A stretch of DNA of 64,000 nt. It comes from Cenarchaeum sp. (GTDB taxonomy: Archaea > Thermoproteota > Nitrososphaeria > Nitrososphaerales > Nitrosopumilaceae). Made by a program: the position numbers and the translations under genes. The DNA is taken from contig CBDESU010000002.1 in assembly GCA_965242695.1 (NCBI GenBank), forward strand, positions 608,001 to 672,000, read 5' to 3'. Shown in pieces: positions 8,809-18,268 of this stretch; position 1 is the stretch's first letter; each line of letters opens with the position of its first letter. The notes beneath the pieces are model-generated. The model was not told where the DNA came from and did no database searches. It saw only the letters and a list, made by a program, of their open reading frames with translations.

Positions 8809-10713
8809 CTACCGCGCGCCCGCCGCGGCGGCGCCCATGTCCCCGCCCGCGGCCCCCGCAAGGAACTCGTCCGGGAACCGCAGCGACTCGAAGAACATCG
8901 GGATCAGCGAGAACGACAGCGGCGAGGAGGGGCCGAGCGCCATGAACGGGTACTTGCGCTCGCCGAGGCTGCTCTCGGGGTCGCGGAACTGCTGGTACAG
9001 CCGCAGCGCGGACGGGTTGCCGCCGATCAGGTCGCCTAGCGCGTCTAGCTCGGATCCCCACGCAAGGCCGTACCCGAAAAAGTACATGCGCAGCTGGCTG
9101 ACGATCTCCCTGTCCAGGCTCGCCAGGGTCTGGCTTACGAACATCCAGCCGAGGCCGTACTTGCGGGTCGTGCGGACCGCGTCGCGCAGCGTGGCCCTGA
9201 GCGGCGCAAGCTCCGCATCGCCGTCGTCGCCGCCGCCCCCGGCAGGCCCCCTGCCTAGCGGGCCGCGCGGGGCGAACCGGTGCGCCTCGTCCAGCACGAC
9301 GAGCGTGTTGAGGCCGCCGCCCCTCTCGGCGTACCTGCGCCGCGCGGCGGCGACGATCTCGTCGAGCGTGTGGTTGACGACGATCGCCCTCACCTCGTCG
9401 TTCCAGAACAGCTCCTCGGGCGCGCTCGTCTCGTCCAGGTCGAGCACGACGGCCGCGCCGTCCCCGCGGCCCATCTCGCCGACGACCTCGGAGACGAACC
9501 TCGTGCCAGACATCTCGGGCCGGCCAAACAGGAACAGCACGCCCTGCCACGCCGCAAAGTTGTCGTCGCTGTCGGCCGCCTCGAGCGACAGCAGGAGCCG
9601 CTCGCGCGTCTGCTGGCTTGCGTATATGCGGGTGGCCGCCGGATGCACCGTCTCGCCCGAGGCCGACCGCCGGGCGTGCCCGAGCCGGTTGATCACGTAC
9701 GAAAAGGCCTCGCGCGCGTGGGCCGACGAAAGCGCGATCCCGTCCGGATACCTGCCGTGCCCCGCGTCGTACCGGCCCGACAGTATGGTCCACACCTCCT
9801 CGGCCGCGTACCCCTGGTTCTCCTCTGCCTGCACGCCGATCCTGCGCAGCAGCCCAGACCTGACGAGCAGCCGCATGAACAGGTCCCTGTCCGGCCGCAG
9901 CAGCAGGCCGTGGAGGCTGTGCACGCGCACGTCCCTGCCCATGCCCCGCAGGTGCGGCGCAAGGGCGGGATCCCGGACCGTCCGGGCAAACTCGCCCTGC
10001 GGGTCGAGCACGACGAACGACATGCCGCGGTGCCGCATGTACGACAGCAGGATCATCTTTGCCAGGACGGACTTGCCCGAGCCGGTCTTGCCGAATATTC
10101 CGACGTGCGAGGCCTCGCCCGTGCCCCCCTCCTCGGGCGGGCCAAAGTGGCGGAACCAGCTCGGCATTGCGACTGCGCCGCCGGCCCCCGGAACGCGCCC
10201 GATCGACACGGTCGCCCCCGCGCACGGCGCCGTCAGGGCGGCGAGCGCCCCGTCGGACGCGATCCTGACCGGCGTGCCGGTCGGGGGGACCGTCCCCATC
10301 GAGCCCTGCCGTATGCTCCCCTGCCCGTCCTCGACAAAGACGGCGCTGACGAGCATCTCGGCCGCGTGGACGTCGTGGCCGCCCGTTATGGGGTCGACCG
10401 TGCCGTGCTACCGTATGAGCCCCTTGAGGGTTGGGTCGCGCATGAAGGGGTTCTCGAGGACGACCTCGGTGACCTGGCCGAGCGCGTACGCAGTGCGACC
10501 GTCCTGCCCGAAGCGAAGAATAGCAAGGGCGCCGGCGAGCGAGCGGGCCGCCTTTGAGCCGAGCACGTCGACGGACAGGCGCGACGTGCTCGACGGCGAG
10601 CCGACGACGCCGATCTGCTCGCCCGCGTCGACGGCCTCTTGCGGCGCGGTGGCCGGGGCGGAGGGGCCGCTTCCGCCGTCTTCGACGCCGTTGCCGTCTG
10701 CCACAGGCCTCAC
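8809..10713 (-). pseudogene. herA: HerA-family ATPase/helicase (HAS barrel + P-loop) interrupted by one in-frame TAG at 10408-10410
   Basis: ORFs 10408-10791 (IGVVGSPSST...ALGQVTEVVLEN, HAS-like) and 8809-10356 (GKTGSGKS, VLDPQGEF, VVLDEAH, RKYGLG, SQ) are in the same frame: ...KGLIR*HGTVDPITGGHDVH.... The GTG start overlaps the nurA stop (GTGA). Confidence 0.8.
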
Positions 10714-12017
10714 GTCCTGTACCCGCGCGCGGCTATGTAAAGCTCGGCTATGCCCATGCCGTCGCCGGCTGCCGGCTGCCCCGGCCCCCACGTGCGGGAC
10801 ATGGCCGAGACCGCGATCCCGCGCATGGCAGGCAGTGCCCGCGGCAGGCTCTTGGCCATGCGGTCTGCCATGTACACCGGATACGGCTCCATCAGGCCCG
10901 GCCCCGCCGACTGCAGGCGGACCGCCTCTAGGAGGGCGCCTGTGCGATCCCTGTCGTCGCCGGCGCCGGCATCGCCGGCGCCGATCCCTCCCAGCTCCAG
11001 GCGGATCGCCGGCGAGTAGCTGTGCGGCCTATAGTACAGCACGCGGACGGCGTTGACGGCATCTGCTATCGCCTCTGCCAACGATCTTGTCCGCGGCCCT
11101 CCCGGAATGCGGCCGGACAGCAGGCGGCCGCCGGACGCACTATACGCGGCCCGCCCCGGCGCCGGGCGCCCGGGGGCAAGGGGCCCCACGTACTCGCCCG
11201 GCTCCAGCACTAGCGAGAGCAGGCCCCTGTCGTCGAGGTTCGGCAGGCCGAGCCGCTCGCATATCTCGCTGCGCTGCGAGTACTTTGCGACCGCGGCGAT
11301 CGTCTGCCCCGGCGGCCCAGAGGGGGCGTCGTCCTTGCCGGTGCCCGGCGCGAGCATGCGAAGGTATCCCGACAGCGTCCGCTCGATCGGGCCGAACCGG
11401 ACCCGGCCGCCATCCTCGTCTTCGACGCCGCCGCCGGCCTCGCCCTCCTCCAGGTAGCGGGCCAGCGACGGCGGGCCTCCGCCGCGCTGCCTCAGCGCAA
11501 TGTCAAGGGAGATTGCCGGCGTGGCCAGCGAGCCGTCGACAAACACGACGTCGTGCGGGGCAAGGGATGCGAGCTGCACCTCCATGGCCGACATGACGGC
11601 CCTGGCCGAGACCGGGTTCGCATCGTCGTGGGCCAGGCTCTCGACGTGCACAAAGTGGCGCGGCCTCGGCCACAGGCGCGCCGGCGGGCCGCCGGCGGGC
11701 CGCCGGGCCCCCAGGCCCTCGACCGCCACGGCCCCCATCGCCACTATGTCGGTTGCAAGCATGCGCTCGGCGCAGTGCGAGCCGTCGACTCCGGCCGTAG
11801 AGGGAGGCGGCTCGGGCCTCGGCAGGTCCGAGTCGCGCCCGAGCAGAGGCGCGAGCGACTCGCGGACCGAGCTGCGCATCGACCTCATCGAGGAAATGTC
11901 GTCGGCCAGGCCGCCGGCAAGCCTGCGCGACGAGCCGAGCATCTCGCGGACCATCGCCTGCGGCAGGTCGGCGAACGGCTCGGCGGCGGGGGAGGGCCCC
12001 GCATCGTAAAGGCTCAC
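10710..12017 (-). CDS. nurA: NurA-domain nuclease
   Basis: AGVDGS, VFVDGSL, IAAVAK and EPYPVYMADRMAK motifs; directly upstream of herA. Start inferred at GTG 12017. Confidence 0.85.
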   Translation of the reverse strand: MSLYDAGPSPAAEPFADLPQAMVREMLGSSRRLAGGLADDISSMRSMRSSVRESLAPLLGRDSDLPRPEPPPSTAGVDGSHCAERMLATDIVAMGAVAVEGLGARRPAGGPPARLWPRPRHFVHVESLAHDDANPVSARAVMSAMEVQLASLAPHDVVFVDGSLATPAISLDIALRQRGGGPPSLARYLEEGEAGGGVEDEDGGRVRFGPIERTLSGYLRMLAPGTGKDDAPSGPPGQTIAAVAKYSQRSEICERLGLPNLDDRGLLSLVLEPGEYVGPLAPGRPAPGRAAYSASGGRLLSGRIPGGPRTRSLAEAIADAVNAVRVLYYRPHSYSPAIRLELGGIGAGDAGAGDDRDRTGALLEAVRLQSAGPGLMEPYPVYMADRMAKSLPRALPAMRGIAVSAMSRTWGPGQPAAGDGMGIAELYIAARGYRT

Positions 12018-12231
12018 GGGGCACCATTCTGAGCGCGCAAGATATGCGTTGCGATCGGGGGGAGGGGAGGGCCCAGGCCGGCCCCGGGAAGCCCCGCATC
12101 GTCCCCGGCACACGGCCCCAACCGATAAAGCCGGCCGGGGGGCGCGGCGCGGCGTGTCCGGAAAGGGGCGGGGCAGGCAGGGCGCGGATCGGGGCGGCGG
12201 CGCAGAGGCGCCGGCCAGGCCCGTGGAAAAG

Positions 12232-12966
12232 ATGCTAAAGAGGGCCGTGCGCCTGTCCAAGTCCGGGCGGCACGTCAAGGCCGGGCGGGTGTGCAACGAC
12301 ATTCTCGAGGCGGATCCCGGCAACGTAGGGGCCATGGTAGTCAAGGCCATCGAGGCCATGGCGTCGAACGACCCAAAAAATGCCGCGCGGTGGTACGACA
12401 GGGCGCTGGAGGCGGATCCCGGCGATGTCGTGTGCCTGGCGGGCAAGGCGATGGCGCTCAACATGCGGGGCAGGCACAGGTCTGCCATGAAGTGCTGCAA
12501 CGAGGCGCTGAGGACGGATCCAGACGACGTTGATGCCAACAACGAAAAGGGCCTCGCGCTCAAGAACATGGGCAGGTTCGACAGGGCCCTGCAGTGCTAC
12601 GATCGAGCGCTCGCGGCCAGCCCCGGCAATACGGTGGTCATGTCGAACAAGGGCGTGGCGCTGATGATGAAGGGGCTGCACGAAGAGGCCGTTGCCTGCT
12701 ACGACAGGGCCCTAGCAGGCAATCGCCGCGATGCCGCCGCCGTCTTCAACAAGGGCGTGGCGCTCGGCCACCTTGGCAGGCGCGAAGAGTCGCTCCGGCA
12801 CTTTGGCAGGGCCATGGCCATCAACCCCGCCCTCATAGGTAAAAATATAGGCGTCGTCCTGGACCATATGGGCGCATCCGAGGAGGAGTGGAAAATCGTG
12901 ATGGGCGGGGGCCGCGCCGGTGGCCGGAAGCACGGCGGCCGGAAGATGCTTGGAAGGAAGAGATAG
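12232..12966 (+). CDS. TPR-repeat protein
   Basis: Repeated YDRAL..DP...NKG.AL..G 34-aa units. Confidence 0.9.
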   Translation: MLKRAVRLSKSGRHVKAGRVCNDILEADPGNVGAMVVKAIEAMASNDPKNAARWYDRALEADPGDVVCLAGKAMALNMRGRHRSAMKCCNEALRTDPDDVDANNEKGLALKNMGRFDRALQCYDRALAASPGNTVVMSNKGVALMMKGLHEEAVACYDRALAGNRRDAAAVFNKGVALGHLGRREESLRHFGRAMAINPALIGKNIGVVLDHMGASEEEWKIVMGGGRAGGRKHGGRKMLGRKR

Positions 12967-13296
12967 GCGGCGCCCGGCCGTGCCGCCGTGCGCGCAAGAC
13001 TCCTCGCTTTGCGGCGGGCAGGATCGCCTTCGCCGCGGGCGCCGCCGGCATCGCGTCGTTGCTGCCGCCTCCGCCGCCGCAGGCAGGCGCAAGCATGCGA
13101 AGGTGCCCCTGCAGCGTCCGCTAGATCGGGCCGAGCCGGGCGCGGCGCGGCATCCTAGGCAGGCCCTACAGCATCCCCTGCCCCCAATCCCAACCGATAA
13201 AGCCTATGGGTGGGGCGGCGCGGTGTGTTTTGGAGGGGCCGAGGCAGGCGGGAGGCGGCGCAGCGCAGCGCGGTGCCGGCCAAGTCTGTGGAAAAG

Positions 13297-14061
13297 ATGC
13301 TAAAGAGGGCCGCGCACCTGTCCAAGTCCGGGCGGCACGCCGAGGCCGGCGCAATGTGCGACAGGATTCTCGAGGCAGACCCCGGCAGCGCAGTGGCCAT
13401 GGAGATCAAGGCGGGGACGGCGGTGTCCTTGGGCGACCCAAAAAACGCCGTGCGGTGGTACGACAGGGCGCTGAAGGCCGACCCCGGCAACGTCGACTAC
13501 ATGGCGGCCAAGGCGGCGATCCTCAACTTGCGGGGCAAGCACAAGTCGGCCATGAAGTGCTGCAACGAGGCGCTGAATATCGATCCCGACAACGAGTATG
13601 CCGCAGGCGAAAAGGGCCTTGCGTTCAAGAACATGGGCAAGTTTGACGATGCCCTGGAGTGGTACGATCGCGTTCTCGCCGCCAACCCGGACAACATTGT
13701 GGTCGTGGCGAACAAGGGCGTGGCGCTGATGATGAAGGGGATGCACGAAGAGGCCATCGAGCACTACGACAAGGCCCTAGCGGCCGATCCCCTCGATGCC
13801 GCCGCCGTCTTCAACAAGGGCGTCGCCCTCGGGCACCTTGGGAGGCGCGAAGAGTCGCTCCGGCACCTTGGCCGGGCCATGTCCATCGGCCCCGCCGGCA
13901 TACCAGACATGGTGCGCCGCGCCCTAGGCCAGATGGGCGCATCCAAGGAGGAGCGGGAAAGCGTAATGAGCGCGGGCCTCGAGGGGGTCGGGATAGTGGG
14001 CGGAAGGAAGATGCGCGGAAGGAAGATGCGCGGAAGGAAGATGCGCGGAAGGAAGAGATAG
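13297..14061 (+). CDS. TPR-repeat protein (tandem paralogue of 12232-12966)
   Basis: Same N-terminus (MLKRA..LSKSGRH) and TPR units. The C-terminal GRKMR repeats come from a 15-bp unit. Confidence 0.9.
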   Translation: MLKRAAHLSKSGRHAEAGAMCDRILEADPGSAVAMEIKAGTAVSLGDPKNAVRWYDRALKADPGNVDYMAAKAAILNLRGKHKSAMKCCNEALNIDPDNEYAAGEKGLAFKNMGKFDDALEWYDRVLAANPDNIVVVANKGVALMMKGMHEEAIEHYDKALAADPLDAAAVFNKGVALGHLGRREESLRHLGRAMSIGPAGIPDMVRRALGQMGASKEERESVMSAGLEGVGIVGGRKMRGRKMRGRKMRGRKR

Positions 14062-14279
14062 GCGGCGCGCCGCGGGGGCGCAGCCGGCGCCCGGACGTGC
14101 CGCGCGAGGTAGCCGGCGGCGCCCGGACGTGCCGCTGTGCGTGCTGGGTGTCGCGTTTTGGTGTGGGCAAGATGCACGCTCCACGTTGCCTGCGTCACAA
14201 GACCAGTGTGATCAGTCTCAACCATACGGCCGCATATGAATAAATGTCACCCGTGTGCAGGCACGCCGTGTCGAATACC

Positions 14280-15458
14280 ATGACCATGAAGATCAACCCG
14301 GCTGTCCTTAGATGGGTAATGGACAATGAGGGCTGGGAGGTCGACGAGCTTGCGGCGGAGACGGGCCTGGATCCCGAGCGCATGCGCAGATGGACCACCG
14401 CAGAGTCGTATGTCAGCCTGCGTGACCTGAAAAAGATGTCGTCTAGGTTCAGGCGTCCCATGTCGGTGCTTCTCATGGCAGAAGCACCGACTACCACGGT
14501 TCCCAAGTACAGACGGCAGGGCGGGGATGCTATGGGGACTAGGCTATCCCGGCCGGTTCTCGAGGTGATCCGGAAGGCGCGCTTCGTCCAAGACAACGCT
14601 GCCGAGCTGCTTGACGCAATGAACAAGGATGCCAAGCCGAACGTTCGCAGGGCCACACTAGACCAGAGCCCCGAGTCGGTAGCGGCAGAAAACGCCGCCG
14701 CCCTCGGAATAGAGCCCCCCCGGCGCACGGGCCAAGGAGAGGAGAGGGACAGGGCAAGGTACAGGATGATCAGGGGGAAAATCGAGTCGCGCAACGTGTT
14801 TACCATGCAAGAGAAGATCCCCGAGGACGGAATGGCAGGGTTTGCGCTCGTGGACACCAAACCTGCGATCATACTAGTCAATGGAGGCGATCCTTTACGG
14901 CGTCGAATATTTACAATTCTCCACGAATACGCTCATGTCCTTTTGGACGATGGCAGCGTCTGTCCTACAAGCGGTTCTCCGGCAGACAACGCAGGAGGCG
15001 AGATCAAAATTGAGCGTTGGTGTGATAGATTTGCAGGTGCCGTGCTCATGCCCATGGACAGGTTCAAAGCTGAGCTCAAGAATGCACATAAAAAAGCAGG
15101 CGGCGATCCCCTTCAGGCAGTAACTGATCTGTCGGATAGATTTTGCGTAAGTAGAACGGCGGCCATGGTACGCTCTGTGCACGCAATTGACGACGCTAGC
15201 CTTAGAACGAAGTATTCTCGCTGCTATGGGGCGCTAAGCCAAAAATCGGAGGAAAAAAGCAAAGCAGAGAATGACAAAAACAAGCCTGTTCCCGTGAAGC
15301 AAGCCGTTAGCTGCCTAGCTAAGAAAGGGCATTTATATGCCAACCTAGTCGCAGCTGCATCCAAATCGGGAGCCATCACGACGAGTACAGCCCTCGACTA
15401 TCTCGAGATCAGGCTCAAAAATCTTGATGATCTCAAAATGCGGTGCGGAGGCGACTAG
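14280..15458 (+). CDS. XRE-type HTH + ImmA/IrrE (M78) zinc metallopeptidase
   Basis: N-terminal INPAVLRW..HTH, then RRIFTILHEYAH (HExxH) and ERWCDRFAGAVLMP. An alternative start is at 14244. Confidence 0.92.
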   Translation: MTMKINPAVLRWVMDNEGWEVDELAAETGLDPERMRRWTTAESYVSLRDLKKMSSRFRRPMSVLLMAEAPTTTVPKYRRQGGDAMGTRLSRPVLEVIRKARFVQDNAAELLDAMNKDAKPNVRRATLDQSPESVAAENAAALGIEPPRRTGQGEERDRARYRMIRGKIESRNVFTMQEKIPEDGMAGFALVDTKPAIILVNGGDPLRRRIFTILHEYAHVLLDDGSVCPTSGSPADNAGGEIKIERWCDRFAGAVLMPMDRFKAELKNAHKKAGGDPLQAVTDLSDRFCVSRTAAMVRSVHAIDDASLRTKYSRCYGALSQKSEEKSKAENDKNKPVPVKQAVSCLAKKGHLYANLVAAASKSGAITTSTALDYLEIRLKNLDDLKMRCGGD

Positions 15459-15460
15459 CG

Positions 15461-15934
15461 TTGCAAGACTATGTCGCAGATACAAGCTCATTAATCAACC
15501 TACAACAATACTATCCCAGACCTGCATTTTCAGCACTTTGGGATAATGTTGGATCTCTAATAAGGGAGGAGAGGATGGTGGCTCCAATGCAAGTTTTAAA
15601 GGAATTGGAATCTAAAGACGACGATCTTCTAGGGTGGGCTAGGCAACACAAAACAATGTTTCAAAAAAATAAAAACGTTGATATAAAATTTGCAACTATG
15701 TTGGCAAATAAATATAGTACTATGAGAAATAAAAACGTAGCTGTGGAAAGGGCAGATCGCTATGTCATCGCACTAGCTCACCGTCTAACGCACGGAAGAT
15801 TGGGTGGTAAATGGGTAGTAGTGACAGAAGAGGGAGACGGGCTAAGCCAAATTCCCCAGATTTCAAAATCGTATGAAGTAGATTACTGCAAACTAGTAGA
15901 TGTCATAGTAGAGGAAGGGTGGTCATTTAGGTAG
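15461..15934 (+). CDS. DUF4411 family PIN-domain protein (putative toxin)
   Basis: YVADTSSLI, Y....FSALW, VLKEL, ADRYVIALA, VVTEE and IP motifs. It starts immediately after the peptidase gene and is markedly AT-rich. Confidence 0.88.
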   Translation: MQDYVADTSSLINLQQYYPRPAFSALWDNVGSLIREERMVAPMQVLKELESKDDDLLGWARQHKTMFQKNKNVDIKFATMLANKYSTMRNKNVAVERADRYVIALAHRLTHGRLGGKWVVVTEEGDGLSQIPQISKSYEVDYCKLVDVIVEEGWSFR

Positions 15935-16063
15935 CAAGAATAGGAAGTCGCAGTGCGATCATGCGTTGTGCATCGGCCCGGATCTCGCCGGCGTAGCGCA
16001 AACGACTGTCCGAGGGCCCTAGGGCCATGACCTACGTGCATATGTTCGCATGCGCCGCCCCGC

Positions 16064-16789
16064 TCACCGCGATATCCTGTACTTCTTCCACCGCCGGCTG
16101 TCCAGGCTCATGTCCATGGTGAGCGGCGGGCCCGAGTACTCGTCGATCGTCATCGGCTGCACGTCCGGGGTCGTGATGCGGGCAAGGTCGAACACGGATA
16201 TCCTCTCGTCGCCCACTACGTGGACCGTCCCCGTCAGCCCGGCGTCTAGCACGTCCGATATGCCCTCGGCCACGCCGTCGGCGAACAGGTACGTGCCGAA
16301 CCTGTCGGTAAACGCCTTTGGGTACGGCCACCGCTCCTTTGCGACAAAGTTGGTCCGCACTATGAGCGGGTCGGCGAGGCGGCCCATCTCGTGCTCGCCG
16401 ACGAGCTTTGTCAGGGCGTAAAAGTTCTCGGGGTACGGCACCGAGTCCTCGTCGTACATGCCCGTGTGCCCGTCGAACACGCATGCCGTGCTCACGTAGC
16501 AGAACCGGGCCGGCTCCGGCATGCCGAGGACCGCGTCGACCAGGTTGCGCGTGCCGAGCACGTTCGTCCTCCAGGCCAGCGGCCTGTCCTCCTCGCACGG
16601 CCGTATCCCGGTCAGGGCCCCGCCGTGTATGACGGTCTTGATCCCGGGGTGCGCCCCAAAGTACGACAGGACGGCGGCGCGGTCCGAGACGTCGAGCTCG
16701 GCGTGCGTCGGGGCGAGCGCGCCGGGGAACCGCCGGCGCAGCTGCGTGCCGAGCGCGCCAGACCCGCCGGTGATGAACACGGAGGTCAC
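16064..16789 (-). CDS. dTDP-4-dehydrorhamnose reductase-like SDR (RmlD family)
   Basis: ITGGSGALG, YVSTACVFDG and YALTK. The GTG start overlaps the stop of the upstream epimerase. Confidence 0.85.
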   Translation of the reverse strand: MTSVFITGGSGALGTQLRRRFPGALAPTHAELDVSDRAAVLSYFGAHPGIKTVIHGGALTGIRPCEEDRPLAWRTNVLGTRNLVDAVLGMPEPARFCYVSTACVFDGHTGMYDEDSVPYPENFYALTKLVGEHEMGRLADPLIVRTNFVAKERWPYPKAFTDRFGTYLFADGVAEGISDVLDAGLTGTVHVVGDERISVFDLARITTPDVQPMTIDEYSGPPLTMDMSLDSRRWKKYRISR

Positions 16790-17775
16790 TTGAAGATCGG
16801 CCCCCTCGTGTAGATCTTCTTCTGGATGGACCGGGAGTTGAAGAACGACTTGTAGTTGCTGTACCTGTCGTGGCGGTAGTCTTTGACGTCGCCGGGTATC
16901 ATGCTGCGGAACTCTTTTGCCGCATGCGCTATGTCGCGGCGCGGCCTTATCCCGAACTTGCCGGCCTTTGCGCCGGACACGCGGTAGTCGCGCTTGTCGA
17001 CTATATCCTTGGACAGCGACACCTTTGCCGGCACGCTCCTTGCGACCTCCTTCGCGGCCTGCCGTATGGTCAGGTTCTTCCAGATTATGTTGTACGTGCC
17101 CTCCATGCCCTTGTCGACGGCGTACGCGAACGCGTCGGCCGCGTCGGCCACGTGCAGGAACGGCCTCCACTGCGCGCCCCCGAACACGGTGAGCTTCTCG
17201 CCGTTGAGCGCCTGCGCTAGGAACAGGTTGATGGCCAGGTCGAACCGCATGCGGTGGGACGCGCCGAACAGCGTCCCGAGCCGCAGTATGGTCGGATAGT
17301 CGTACGCCTGGAGTATGGCCCTTTCCGACTCGTACTTTGACTGCCCGTACGAGTCGAGGGGGTTGACCTCTGATCCCTCCGTTATGAGCCGGTCCGGCTG
17401 CGCGCCGTACACCGAGCACGTGCTCGCAAACACAAACTGCCGTATCTTGTACAGCTTGCACAGGTCGGCCAGGCTGCGGGTCGCCAGGTAGTTTATCTCG
17501 ATGGACGCCTTTGGGTCGAGCTCGGACGACTGCGTCCCGACGATCGACGCGAGGTGTATGACGACGTCGGCGCCCTTTAGCGACCTGCTGACTATGGCCA
17601 GGTCGCGCACGTCGCCGGATACCAGCTCTAGGCGGCTGTCGCCGGATACGGCCGAGACCGGCTCGCGGCCAAACAGAAAATTGTCCAGGACGCGCACGTC
17701 GTACCCCTTCTTGAGGAGGCGGCGCGTGAGGAGCGACCCGAGGTACCCCGAGCCCCCCGTGAGCAGCACCCTCAT
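16786..17775 (-). CDS. NAD-dependent epimerase/dehydratase (extended SDR)
   Basis: LTGGSGYLGS, ASTCSVYG, YGQSK and RPFLHV. Confidence 0.93.
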   Translation of the reverse strand: MRVLLTGGSGYLGSLLTRRLLKKGYDVRVLDNFLFGREPVSAVSGDSRLELVSGDVRDLAIVSRSLKGADVVIHLASIVGTQSSELDPKASIEINYLATRSLADLCKLYKIRQFVFASTCSVYGAQPDRLITEGSEVNPLDSYGQSKYESERAILQAYDYPTILRLGTLFGASHRMRFDLAINLFLAQALNGEKLTVFGGAQWRPFLHVADAADAFAYAVDKGMEGTYNIIWKNLTIRQAAKEVARSVPAKVSLSKDIVDKRDYRVSGAKAGKFGIRPRRDIAHAAKEFRSMIPGDVKDYRHDRYSNYKSFFNSRSIQKKIYTRGPIFK

Positions 17776-18221
17776 CGATCCCTCACCTTCCAGACGTCGC
17801 CGTGCGCGTACGGGTCGAGCCGCTCGTCGTCGGGGTTGTCGGCATCGAACGGCTCGCTCGAGACGCCTAGCACTACCGTGCCGTCCTCTAGCGACATCCA
17901 GCCCGTGTACACGCCGGTCGGCACCTCTAGCACGGACGGGCTGCGCGAGGACAGGACGAACGTGTCGGTCGCGCCGCGGGTGGGGCTCGACTCGCGGTCG
18001 TCGACGGCGACGAACTTTGCAGAGCCGGAGGCCGCAAAGAAGGCCTTGCGCTCGCGCGAGTGCTTGTGGAAGCCCCTTACCGTCCCGCGCGCAAAGTTTC
18101 CCGTCGCGTATATGCGGCGTATGGGGAACGGGTCGGAAAAGCCCTCTGGGAGCACCTGCGAGAGGAACCCGCGGTCGTCGACGAACGACCTCACGGGAGT
18201 CAGCCTCACGCCATCGATCAC
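17772..18221 (-). CDS. dTDP-4-dehydrorhamnose 3,5-epimerase-like cupin (RmlC family)
   Basis: DDRGFL, GTVRGFHKH, VAVDDRESSPT and LEVPTGV. Start inferred at GTG 18221. Confidence 0.85.
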   Translation of the reverse strand: MIDGVRLTPVRSFVDDRGFLSQVLPEGFSDPFPIRRIYATGNFARGTVRGFHKHSRERKAFFAASGSAKFVAVDDRESSPTRGATDTFVLSSRSPSVLEVPTGVYTGWMSLEDGTVVLGVSSEPFDADNPDDERLDPYAHGDVWKVRDR

Positions 18222-18268
18222 GCCGCGCGCGGCCGGCGCCTCTCTAATAACGGTAACCGGCCGCAGGC

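Noticed and set aside
10408-10410. Pyrrolysine or selenocysteine recoding of the herA stop
   Set aside because: TAG is not a Sec codon, no pyl genes are visible, and many genes here end in TAG. A nonsense mutation or error is simpler.
8360-11056. Long ORFs 8387-11056 (+, 889 aa) and 8360-10225 (-, 621 aa)
   Set aside because: Shadow frames of herA/nurA/pRiA4b in GC-rich DNA. They are Arg/Ala/Ser-rich with no motifs; the same applies to most overlapping ORFs in the track.
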